From contig CAWBNQ010000001.1 of assembly GCA_963790205.1 (NCBI GenBank), positions 480,001 through 544,000 of the forward strand: DNA of 64,000 nt. The letters are read 5' to 3'. Below, piece by piece: positions 12,291-19,984 of this stretch. The position numbers and the translations under genes are program-made. Position 1 is the stretch's first letter, and each line of letters opens with the position of its first letter. This stretch comes from Nitrospirota bacterium. Its GTDB lineage: Bacteria > Nitrospirota > UBA9217. The notes under the pieces were generated by a model, which worked only from the letters and a program-made list of their open reading frames with translations, ran no database searches and had not been told where the DNA came from.

Positions 12291-13016
12291 ATGGAAAAAC
12301 AGCTGAGCTTGCTTATACAGCTTCAGGAAATAGACACGCAGATTCGCTCTCTCGCGGAGCAGAAAAACCGGCTTCCCGAACTGCTGGCGTCGCTCGATCG
12401 CCGGCGCGCGGCGAGCAGGGAGGAACTCGAGAAGATACGTGAGGGGCTTCAAACAGCGCAGAAAAACAAGCGGGACCGTGACAAGGACCTGGAAGCAGGC
12501 GCCCAGAAGGTTGAAAAGCTGAAGGCCCGCACTTCAGAGATCAAGAACAATAAAGAGTACCAGGCGCTGCTCAAGGAGATCGAGACCGGAGAGCAGGAAA
12601 ACAAGGTCATCGAAGACGAGATCCTCGTGCTCATGGAAAAGATCGATGCGGCGGCAGCGGCCATAACGGAGGCGGAGAAAAAGGACCTTGAAGAGGCGGC
12701 GGCGATCGCGGCCGAGCAAAAAGAACACGAGGCCGCTGTCGCAAAGATAGGGGAAGAATTGAAGGCCGTTGAACAGCACCGAAAGGAGATGGCGTCACGC
12801 ATCGAACCGTCGGTCCTTACGCAGTATCGGAAGCTTCTCGCGACCAAGGCCGGCTTCGCCATTGCCGAGGCGCGCGGCGAGTCCTGTTCGGGCTGCTACA
12901 TGAGCATCCCTCCCCAGGTGTTCGTGAACGTCAAGAAGAACGAGAGCATCATCACCTGTCCCCATTGCAGCCGTATCTTGTACTATAAGGAAACGATCGT
13001 ACAGAAGAACAGCTGA
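12291..13016 (+). CDS. Coiled-coil protein with C4 zinc ribbon (zf-RING_7/DUF164 type)
   Basis: Long coiled coil followed by CSGCYM.IPPQ...CPHCSRILY. Confidence 0.92.
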   Translation: MEKQLSLLIQLQEIDTQIRSLAEQKNRLPELLASLDRRRAASREELEKIREGLQTAQKNKRDRDKDLEAGAQKVEKLKARTSEIKNNKEYQALLKEIETGEQENKVIEDEILVLMEKIDAAAAAITEAEKKDLEEAAAIAAEQKEHEAAVAKIGEELKAVEQHRKEMASRIEPSVLTQYRKLLATKAGFAIAEARGESCSGCYMSIPPQVFVNVKKNESIITCPHCSRILYYKETIVQKNS

Positions 13017-13141
13017 TTCCGGCCATCCGGAGCAACAGGGCTTTCCGGACCCGGAGGAAGTTACCCCCGTGCATTCAAGCTCTTCTCTGTGTGCTCTGTG
13101 GTTCATTCCCGACATTCCGTGAACGTTTAGAGGGATTTTGA

Positions 13142-13543
13142 ATGGAACTAACCATCTTCACCGACGGCGCATCGCGAAACAATCCCGGCGAGGCCGGCGC
13201 GGGAATTTTTATCCTCCGGGACGGCCAGCCCTTGGAGAAGATCGCCCGCTACCTCGGGACAACGACAAATAACATTGCCGAATATCAAGCGGCCATCATC
13301 GGGCTGGAGCAGTGCGTGAAGCTCGGCGCTTCGATGGTCAGACTGCACGCCGATTCCGAGCTCATGGTGAAGCAGTTGAACGGCCAGTACAAGGTGAAGA
13401 ACGAGGGGCTCAGGCCGCTGTACCAGAGGGCCAAGGAATTGATTGCGAAGATCGGGCGGGTAGAGGTAAAATACATACCGAGGGAGCAGAACAAAGAAGC
13501 GGACGCGCTGGCGAACAAGGCAATAGATGAAAAGCTACAATAG
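13142..13543 (+). CDS. rnhA: Ribonuclease HI family protein
   Basis: TDGASRNNPGEAG, TNNIAEY, DSELMVKQ, PREQNKEADALAN. Confidence 0.9.
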   Translation: MELTIFTDGASRNNPGEAGAGIFILRDGQPLEKIARYLGTTTNNIAEYQAAIIGLEQCVKLGASMVRLHADSELMVKQLNGQYKVKNEGLRPLYQRAKELIAKIGRVEVKYIPREQNKEADALANKAIDEKLQ

Positions 13544-13597
13544 CTTTTTTTACTTCTTAATTTTTACTTCTTAAATTCTTAATTGAATCTCACAATC

Positions 13598-13962
13598 AGA
13601 GCGGGTGAGGTGATCGCTCCCCGGAAACGGGGGGAGGAAAGTCCGAGCTCCGCAGGGCAAGGCGGTCCCGAAACGGGACAGGGGGCGACCCCATGGACAG
13701 TGCCACAGAAAAGAAGACCGCCCGCAAGGGTAAGGGTGAAACGGTGGGGTAAGAGCCCACCAGGCCCGGCCGCGAAGCCGGGTGCTTGGAAAACCCCGCC
13801 TGGAGCAAGACCACATAGGGAAGCGTCCCCTGTAAGGGGGTAAGGACGGCCCGTCCGAGACTTCCGGGTAGGTCGCTCGTGCTGTCGGGCAACCGGCGGC
13901 CCAGATAAATGATCATCGCCCTGAGCGATCAGGGAGACAGAACTCGGCTTACGACCCGCTCT
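13598..13962 (+). ncRNA. rnpB: RNase P RNA, type A
   Basis: GAGGAAAGTCCGAGCTC, AGTGCCACAGAAA, GGGTGAAACGGTGGGGTAAGAGCCCAC and ACAGAACTCGGCTTA; ends pair as AGAGCGGGT/ACCCGCTCT. Confidence 0.97.
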
Positions 13963-14364
13963 GATCTTTTTTTCAAGCCCATGCTGGTTATTCGGCTTGG
14001 GCTTTTTTTTAAACCTGCGTTCATACTCTGCACTTGGAAGGTTCCGTAATCCTGCATCCTGGATCATGCATCCTGCAGTACCATTTCGCAACCCGAAATC
14101 CGAAACCTGTGGTGAGCGAAGTCGAATCCATCCGCAATCCGCAATTGGAAGGTTCCGAACTGTCGTAAACACCATCTCTTTTCTTGCCATTTACCATTGT
14201 TTGTAGTACTGTCTTTCATATATCAAAGGTGCCTATTTTTGACATTGCCCGGCATTTATGTTAGATTATTTTATCTCAAGGCGCTGATTTCCTATGGAAA
14301 TAAAATATTCAGAAAGGAAACGTAATGCTCATTTACGAAGTAAAGCACAGACAGGAGGCATACC

Positions 14365-14550
14365 ATGATTAAGACCCAGATCGTGAAAGCGAACGACAAG
14401 CCGGTGGCGGTTGTCCTCGACTACAAAGAATATCTGCGGCTCAAGGAGATCGAACAAGACAGGAAGGACTATTATTCCGCATCGCAGGTGAAGATGAAGA
14501 ACAAAAAGTGGACAAGCCACAAGGATTTAAAGAAGGCCATTGGGTTATAA
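14365..14550 (+). CDS. Phd/YefM-like antitoxin with no adjacent toxin
   Basis: GGAGG RBS; KPVAVVLDYKEYLRLKE motif; C-terminal DLKKAIGL. Confidence 0.65.
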   Translation: MIKTQIVKANDKPVAVVLDYKEYLRLKEIEQDRKDYYSASQVKMKNKKWTSHKDLKKAIGL

Positions 14551-15023
14551 GATAGCTGGTAACACAGACATTCGATGGCTGCGCGGTGGCTGGGGTTCAT
14601 TGCGGCTCCCTGTCCTCTATACTCCGCATTTGAATCGTCCCCCCGTCGCCCCTTAGTCGCACTGTCCTCCAGTCTATCTGTAAACAATCCGCAATCGGAA
14701 GGTTCCGAACTGATTTAAATCGTTCCGAATTTGAAAATCCGCAATTGGAACCCCCCCTTCCCCCTTCAAACTTACCCTTGATTCCCATCGACCGATTTCA
14801 AGCTCGATGGTACGAGAATGAGTTTAAGATTCCCCTTCCCCCTTCACTCTTCACCCTTCAAACTTCAAAAAACTCAGGTTTTTCGAAGTGAAAACTAAGG
14901 GAATCCCTGATGCCTGATATTTATCCCTTTTGTTCTGTCTTTGCTTGATTTTTCAAGGCAAGTGGACTATTCTCGTGGTGATGGGAAGTAAGAAGGAAGA
15001 AGTTTCTTAGCAGTTTCCTTTGT

Positions 15024-15039
15024 ACAACAATATTGTTGT
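15024..15039. promoter_or_regulatory. Palindromic operator, probable antitoxin binding site
   Basis: Perfect 16-bp palindrome ACAACAATATTGTTGT immediately before the toxin start. Confidence 0.6.
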
Positions 15040-15042
15040 TGC

Positions 15043-15402
15043 ATGTCAATGGACTTTATTGTACAATTCTATGAGACGGAAACAGGGGCGTGCCCCGTAC
15101 GGGAGTTTCTGGACGAGCTGAAACGCAGCGATCCGGACGACTTTGCGGCCGTGGTCGCCGGATTGGCGAAACTGCGGAACCGGCAGTATCACCGGGAGCC
15201 GCTGTCCAAAGCGCTCGGAGTCGGGCTCTACGAACTGCGCCACGTTGGCAAGCTCAACACCCGAGTGCTCTGGTTCTTTGTGAAGAACCGCAGGATCGTA
15301 GCGGTGCACGGCATCCGGAACAAGGGTCGCACCATTCCGGACCGTGATCTGACAACTGCGCGGGAACGGATGCGCGACTGGCTGAAAAGAGTGGAACGAT
15401 GA
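15043..15402 (+). CDS. RelE/ParE-superfamily toxin (HigB/Gp49-like)
   Basis: FYET..G..PV.EFL, GLYELR, RVLWFF...IV..HG motifs; toxin-first arrangement. Confidence 0.85.
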   Translation: MSMDFIVQFYETETGACPVREFLDELKRSDPDDFAAVVAGLAKLRNRQYHREPLSKALGVGLYELRHVGKLNTRVLWFFVKNRRIVAVHGIRNKGRTIPDRDLTTARERMRDWLKRVER

Positions 15403-15764
15403 AAAAGACGAATTTCGATAAATATCTCGACGAGCAATTGAAGGACCCGGAGTTTGCCGCCAGGTTCGAGCGCGCCGGAGAAGCCTGGGACGTGGCGCTC
15501 CAGATCGCCGCCCTCCGGAACGAAGCCGGGCTTTCCCAGAAAGACCTCGCGAAGCTCCTCAAAATATCCCAGCAGCAGATTAGCAGGCTGGAATCGCCCG
15601 GCTACGAGGGCCATTCACTGAGCACTCTTCGGCGGGTTGCCAAGGTTCTGCATGCGCGGGTGCGCGTTACCTTCGAGCCGGTGAAAAAAGTGACGCGCGT
15701 AGCTGAAGCAGCAGCTGTCTACCGTGCCAGGCGCGCAGCAGTCGGAAAGGCGAGAGCCAGATAG
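15399..15764 (+). CDS. XRE-family HTH antitoxin (HigA-like)
   Basis: LRNEAGLSQKDLAK...SQQQISRLE; ATGA overlap with the toxin. Confidence 0.88.
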   Translation: MKKTNFDKYLDEQLKDPEFAARFERAGEAWDVALQIAALRNEAGLSQKDLAKLLKISQQQISRLESPGYEGHSLSTLRRVAKVLHARVRVTFEPVKKVTRVAEAAAVYRARRAAVGKARAR

Positions 15765-15774
15765 TAGTTAAGAC

Positions 15775-15840
15775 AAGTAAGAAGTAGGAATTAAGAAGTA
15801 AGAAGGGTGTTTCTTAATTCATAATTCTTAACTCTTAATT
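15775..15840. repeat. Heptamer tandem arrays in inverted arrangement, 5' of the four-helix-bundle gene
   Basis: AAGTAAG AAGTAGG AATTAAG AAGTAAG followed by the complementary CTTAATT CATAATT CTTAACT CTTAATT. Confidence 0.85.
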
Positions 15841-15846
15841 GTATTT

Positions 15847-16203
15847 ATGATGAAGAAGCCCGACAACGATCTGCGTGAACGAACGAAACGTTTCGCGCTT
15901 CTGATCATCCGCATGTTCGCCGTTTTACCCAAAACGGTCGAGGCGAAGGTGATCGGGAAACAGGTGCTCCGCTCGGGCACATCGATCGGCGCAAACTACC
16001 GGGAGGCGTACCGCAGCCGAAGCCGCGCGGAGTTCATCGCAAAAATGGGCGATTGCCTCAAGGAACTGGAGGAGACCGCGTATTGGCTGGAATTGCTTGT
16101 CGAGGGCCGTATTGTCGACGAGACGCGTCTGGCCGACCTGCGGAAAGAATGTGGTGAGCTGACGGCAATATTCGTAACGATCATCAAAACAAGTAAGAAG
16201 TAG
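15847..16203 (+). CDS. Four helix bundle protein (23S-IVP/TIGR02436-like)
   Basis: KQVLRSGTSIGANYREA...SRAEFIAK...LKELEET.YWLELL. Confidence 0.92.
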   Translation: MMKKPDNDLRERTKRFALLIIRMFAVLPKTVEAKVIGKQVLRSGTSIGANYREAYRSRSRAEFIAKMGDCLKELEETAYWLELLVEGRIVDETRLADLRKECGELTAIFVTIIKTSKK

Positions 16204-16260
16204 GAATTAGAAGTTAAAAGTTTTATTTCATTCTTACTTCTTAAATCATAATTCTTACTT
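16190..16260. repeat. Heptamer tandem arrays in inverted arrangement, 3' of the four-helix-bundle gene
   Basis: AAGTAAG AAGTAGG AATTAG... then CTTACTT CTTAAAT CATAATT CTTACTT; overlaps the stop codon. Confidence 0.85.
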
Positions 16261-16267
16261 TAAAAGG

Positions 16268-16387
16268 GTCCTCGACGAACTCAAGCCCGTTGACGATCCC
16301 GCGTACGACTATCGAGAAGATCTAAAAACGCTTGAGAAAATATGGATGGAAAAACTTCAACCTTACGGCGACCGGGGATATCATTAA
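16268..16387 (+). pseudogene. 3' fragment of a gene, resembling a GIY-YIG-family protein C-terminus
   Basis: Reads VLDELKPVDDPAYDYREDLKTLEKIWMEKLQPYGDRGYH* with no start codon. The family assignment is from memory. Confidence 0.5.
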
Positions 16388-16435
16388 TATAAACATTATA
16401 GACCTGACCCGGAAGAAGGAAATGTCAGGGTTAAA

Positions 16436-16566
16436 CGGGCTGTTGCCCAAATCACTTTGCGCCCAAAATGTCATTCTGAGCGCAGCGAAGAATCTCGCAT
16501 TTACAATATGATTGCAGACCCTTCACTTTGCTCAGGGTGACAAAAAATAGTTTGGGCAACAGCCCC
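16436..16566. mobile_element. 131-bp MITE with IS1182-type ends
   Basis: Ends CGGGCTGTTGCCCAAA and TTTGGGCAACAGCCCC match the IRs of the IS1182 at 37931-39531. Flanked by a TAAA duplication; internal TGTCATTCTGAGC...GCTCAGGGTGACA palindrome. Confidence 0.9.
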
Positions 16567-16671
16567 TAAAGAAGTGATAATCATATAAAGGGCACCTCCG
16601 AGCATACCAGAATCAGTTTGACTCTGATATGCTCATGGGAAAGACGCCAATCTTAACCCAGGAGGTGCTTA

Positions 16672-17691
16672 ATGAGATTATATGTTGGTTTAGATCTGCA
16701 TTCAAGCAACACGTATGTAGGCATCAAGGAAGAGAACGGCAAACGAGTATTCAAAAAGAAGTTGGCGAATGATCCCGAGGTCATTCTCGCTACCCTGAAA
16801 CTGTACAAGAAGCAGATCGTCGGTATTGTCGTCGAGTCCACATTCAACTGGTACTGGCTCGTGGACTTACTCATGGAGGAAGGCTATCCTGTTCATTTAG
16901 CCAATCCTGCGGAGATTCAAAAGTACACCGGGCTCAAGTACTCCGATGATCAGGACGACGCTTTCTGGCTGGCCGAGATGCTTCGCCTGGGAATTCTGCT
17001 GGAAGGATATATCTATCCGAAGGAGGACCGACCTGTCCGTGATCTCCTTCGGAAGAGGGCGCATCTGGTGAGAGTACGGACCTCACTGATATTAGGACTC
17101 CAGAACATCGTCACGCGCAATAACGGGATCAAGCTCAAGGTGAACGATGTGAAAGCGTTACGAACGAATCGCGTTGCCCCTTTTCTCGAACACAACGAAG
17201 ACCTGGCGTTGGCCGGCCAGGTGAGCAAGGATTCCATAGACTTTCTGACGCGCCAGATCAAAACCGTCGAGCGTGTTCTCGCAAAGAAAATGGATCTCCG
17301 GGAAGGATACGGAGGACTTCGTACCATTCCAGGAATCGGCAAGATCCTGGGTCTTACTATCATGCTGGAGACCGGCCCGGTCAGCCGCTTTGCTCAGGTC
17401 GGCAACTTCGCATCCTATTGCCGGAAGGTATCGACAAAGTGGATCAGCAACGAGAAAAAGAAGGGCAAAGGAAACAAGAAGTGCGGCAATAAGTATCTAG
17501 CATGGGCCTTCTCCGAGGCTGCTGAGATTGCACGTCGCGAAGATGAGGCCGCACGGGCATATTTCAACCGCAAGTCGCAGAAAACAAATAGGATGGTGGC
17601 GCATAACGCCCTCGCGCACAAGCTGGCGAGAGCGGCCTATTACATCATGCGGGACGGGGTATCATTCATGCCTGAGAAGTGCTTTGGATGA
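16672..17691 (+). CDS. IS110-family DEDD transposase/recombinase
   Basis: YVGLDLH, VESTFNWYW, K.SD..DAFWLA and TIPGIG motifs. Confidence 0.95.
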   Translation: MRLYVGLDLHSSNTYVGIKEENGKRVFKKKLANDPEVILATLKLYKKQIVGIVVESTFNWYWLVDLLMEEGYPVHLANPAEIQKYTGLKYSDDQDDAFWLAEMLRLGILLEGYIYPKEDRPVRDLLRKRAHLVRVRTSLILGLQNIVTRNNGIKLKVNDVKALRTNRVAPFLEHNEDLALAGQVSKDSIDFLTRQIKTVERVLAKKMDLREGYGGLRTIPGIGKILGLTIMLETGPVSRFAQVGNFASYCRKVSTKWISNEKKKGKGNKKCGNKYLAWAFSEAAEIARREDEAARAYFNRKSQKTNRMVAHNALAHKLARAAYYIMRDGVSFMPEKCFG

Positions 17692-17960
17692 AGGCTGGCT
17701 GGGACGGTGAACCAGAATTAGGGTTGGCAAAACCATGAGAAGTGATTGGTAATCCGTCCCACCCTTTTATATCGTTATCAGCGTCTTTACTGCCCGTGCC
17801 GCGAGCCTTAACCGGGTTGGCTTAGAGCCACGAGACGTGAAAAATCAATTGGACGCGGCAAGGAGCCGAAGATTTTCTGGTCCCGCGATGCGGGAAAGGG
17901 TCACGGATCAAGCGTTCCCGATGACCTTAATCCTGATGGGTGACTGGTGCAGTCAAGAAC
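17692..17960 (+). ncRNA. Predicted bridge/seek RNA with three guide-loop modules
   Basis: Stem-loops carry internal-loop sequences matching the element's target and donor junction (see findings). Boundaries are approximate. Confidence 0.7.
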
Positions 17961-18138
17961 TGACGCCGAAACCTAAAGAAACTGCGGCAAAGGTAAGGGT
18001 GACGATGACGAAAAGGCTCGCCGAGAAACGTTCCGTTTCTCGGCACAAGATAGCTTTTCCCATTGACAGTGTCCTTTAAATGGGCGACCCTCTTATGTCC
18101 CTAATTTTTTATTCGGCCAGCAGCCCTCCCCCTCCGGT

Positions 18139-18318
18139 TCACGCCGCCATTTTGAGTTTTTCCAGCAGCCCTTTCAGGACTTCCTCGTCCTGCTTAAGCT
18201 CATCCCGCAGTTCCTTTTTCATTCCTGACGCGATCATACCTCTGAGTTCCGGGATGGTGGTCTCCGCCAGTTCATTGACGAGCAACTCTTTTTCTTTCAG
18301 GTTCAAATTGACGTTCAT
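18139..18318 (-). CDS. Small hypothetical protein
   Basis: GAGGTG RBS; 59-aa helical, protein-like composition. Confidence 0.6.
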   Translation of the reverse strand: MNVNLNLKEKELLVNELAETTIPELRGMIASGMKKELRDELKQDEEVLKGLLEKLKMAA

Positions 18319-18741
18319 ACCGTTCACCTCTTTTCACTCGCGATCTTTCCTAATTAAATTATACCACTTCCCCTTCGCAGCAAAACCACATGACCGCCTG
18401 ATCAGGATGGGCAGGGATAACCCGGCCATTGCGTGTGAGTGGCCAAAAAGACTTCTGAAAGAAAATCGGACTAAAGAAGTAGACTGCTTTGAGCCGCCAA
18501 TATGCTTGCATTTCACGCGCACATACGGTAGGCTGCTCTTCTCAATCCGGGAGAAACACTGCTCTTCCTTAACTAAGTTGTGAATCAAATTGGATTCACA
18601 TTGGAAACAACATCCAACCGCGAAGGCTTTGAGACTCGAAGAAACATGAAGGTATTCGACAAACAGGTATTTATTGGACGAAATTCTTTGTGTCTTTGTG
18701 GCGTGCTTGCTTCCGGCTTGTCCGGATTAGGAGAATGTACT

Positions 18742-18936
18742 ATGGATGGAACGAAGCGTGCCGATATCCGGCCGGGGTTGCGTGTTCAGATCGTGTTGAA
18801 GGAGGACCAGGGAACCGGAAGCCTGACAGAGGGAATCGTAGCCGGGGTCCTGACGAATTCTTCCAGTCATCCCCACGGGATCAAGGTGCGCCTGGAAAGC
18901 GGAGCGGTGGGACGGGTAAAAACGATCCTTTCATAA
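18742..18936 (+). CDS. YwbE/DUF2196 family protein
   Basis: IVLKEDQ.TG.LTEG.V...LT.S..HPHGIKVRL..G.VGRV. Confidence 0.9.
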   Translation: MDGTKRADIRPGLRVQIVLKEDQGTGSLTEGIVAGVLTNSSSHPHGIKVRLESGAVGRVKTILS

Positions 18937-19011
18937 CAACACCGGACCTCTCGGGAGAAACGCCCCCTTTTCCCCTTATAAGGTTCGTCCCGTGAACAGG
19001 GAGTTATTGAT

Positions 19012-19578
19012 ATGGCCTTGAAAGCAACGATCTTTAAAGCGGAACTCCAGATAAGCGACATGGGCCGCAACTACTACCACGATCATTCGCTCACCCTTGC
19101 CCGCCATCCATCGGAAAACGACGAACGCATGATGGTACGCCTGCTTGCTTTTGCTTTGCACGCCCATGAGGACCTTGCGTTCGCCGAAGGGATGAGCATT
19201 GAGGACGAGCCCGCCTTGTGGCGAAAGGATATGACCGGCGCGATCGAGCTCTGGATCGACGTGGGCCAGCCCGATGGAAAGCGCATACGCAAGGCCTGCG
19301 GCCGCGCGAAGCAGGTGGTCGTTTACAGTTTCAGCGGCCGGAGCGCCGAGGTCTGGTGGAACCAGGTCCGCCAGAATCTCGAGGGGTTAAAAAATCTGAC
19401 CGTCATAAACCTGCAGGGAGCGGGCGCAGCGCTTTCAAAACTGGCGCAGCGCACCATGAAGCTGCAGTGTACCATTCAGGATGAACAGATCTGGGTGACA
19501 GACAGCAACGCTACCGTGCATGTGGATATGACCGGGGGGAGGCTCCGGTCGTGTGAAACTCCCGAAGCCCGCTCATAA
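19012..19578 (+). CDS. yaeQ: YaeQ family protein
   Basis: MALKATIFKA.LQI.DM.RNYY...LARHPSE.DERMMVRLLA. Confidence 0.93.
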   Translation: MALKATIFKAELQISDMGRNYYHDHSLTLARHPSENDERMMVRLLAFALHAHEDLAFAEGMSIEDEPALWRKDMTGAIELWIDVGQPDGKRIRKACGRAKQVVVYSFSGRSAEVWWNQVRQNLEGLKNLTVINLQGAGAALSKLAQRTMKLQCTIQDEQIWVTDSNATVHVDMTGGRLRSCETPEARS

Positions 19579-19669
19579 CCAGACGTCCCTCACCACGCGA
19601 TAAGGCCCCTTCCCTGCTCAGCATGTTAAGACTTGATTCATATCTCTATCCCGGTTACAATCGCTCCAG

Positions 19670-19984
19670 ATGGGTCTTGCGAAGACAAAAAAGAATACGA
19701 CCGGGCGATGGTACCTCTATGTGCTGCAGTGCGGCGACAATACGCTCTATACCGGCATTACGAACAACCTGCAGCGCCGCATTCAACAGCACAATAACGG
19801 CACTGCCTCGCGTTGTACTCGCAGCCGCCTGCCGGTAGCGCTGGCCTACCAGGAGCGGTGTCTCGGCCACTCCAGCGCACTGAAGAAAGAGTACGCGATG
19901 AAGCAGTTATCGAGAAAAGAAAAAGAAATATATATCGCAAAAAAGTCGAAGGCACGTCGTTCCCGGCAGAAGCTTCGGGAATGA
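19670..19984 (+). CDS. GIY-YIG nuclease family protein (UPF0213-like)
   Basis: WYLYVLQC.DNTLYTGITN.LQRR..QHN.G; SALKKE..MKQLSR..KE. Confidence 0.9.
   Translation: MGLAKTKKNTTGRWYLYVLQCGDNTLYTGITNNLQRRIQQHNNGTASRCTRSRLPVALAYQERCLGHSSALKKEYAMKQLSRKEKEIYIAKKSKARRSRQKLRE

Larger units (their letters stand above)
16576..18087 (+). mobile_element. IS110-family (IS1111-group) insertion sequence
   Basis: DEDD recombinase; sub-terminal IRs TAAAGGGCAC/GTGTCCTTTA; GA core at both ends; long 3' non-coding end. The circle junction would give TTGACA-17-GATAAT. Confidence 0.88.

Noticed and set aside
15847..16203. Diversity-generating retroelement (Avd-like protein)
   Set aside because: No reverse transcriptase and no TR/VR repeat pair with A-specific mismatches in the window.
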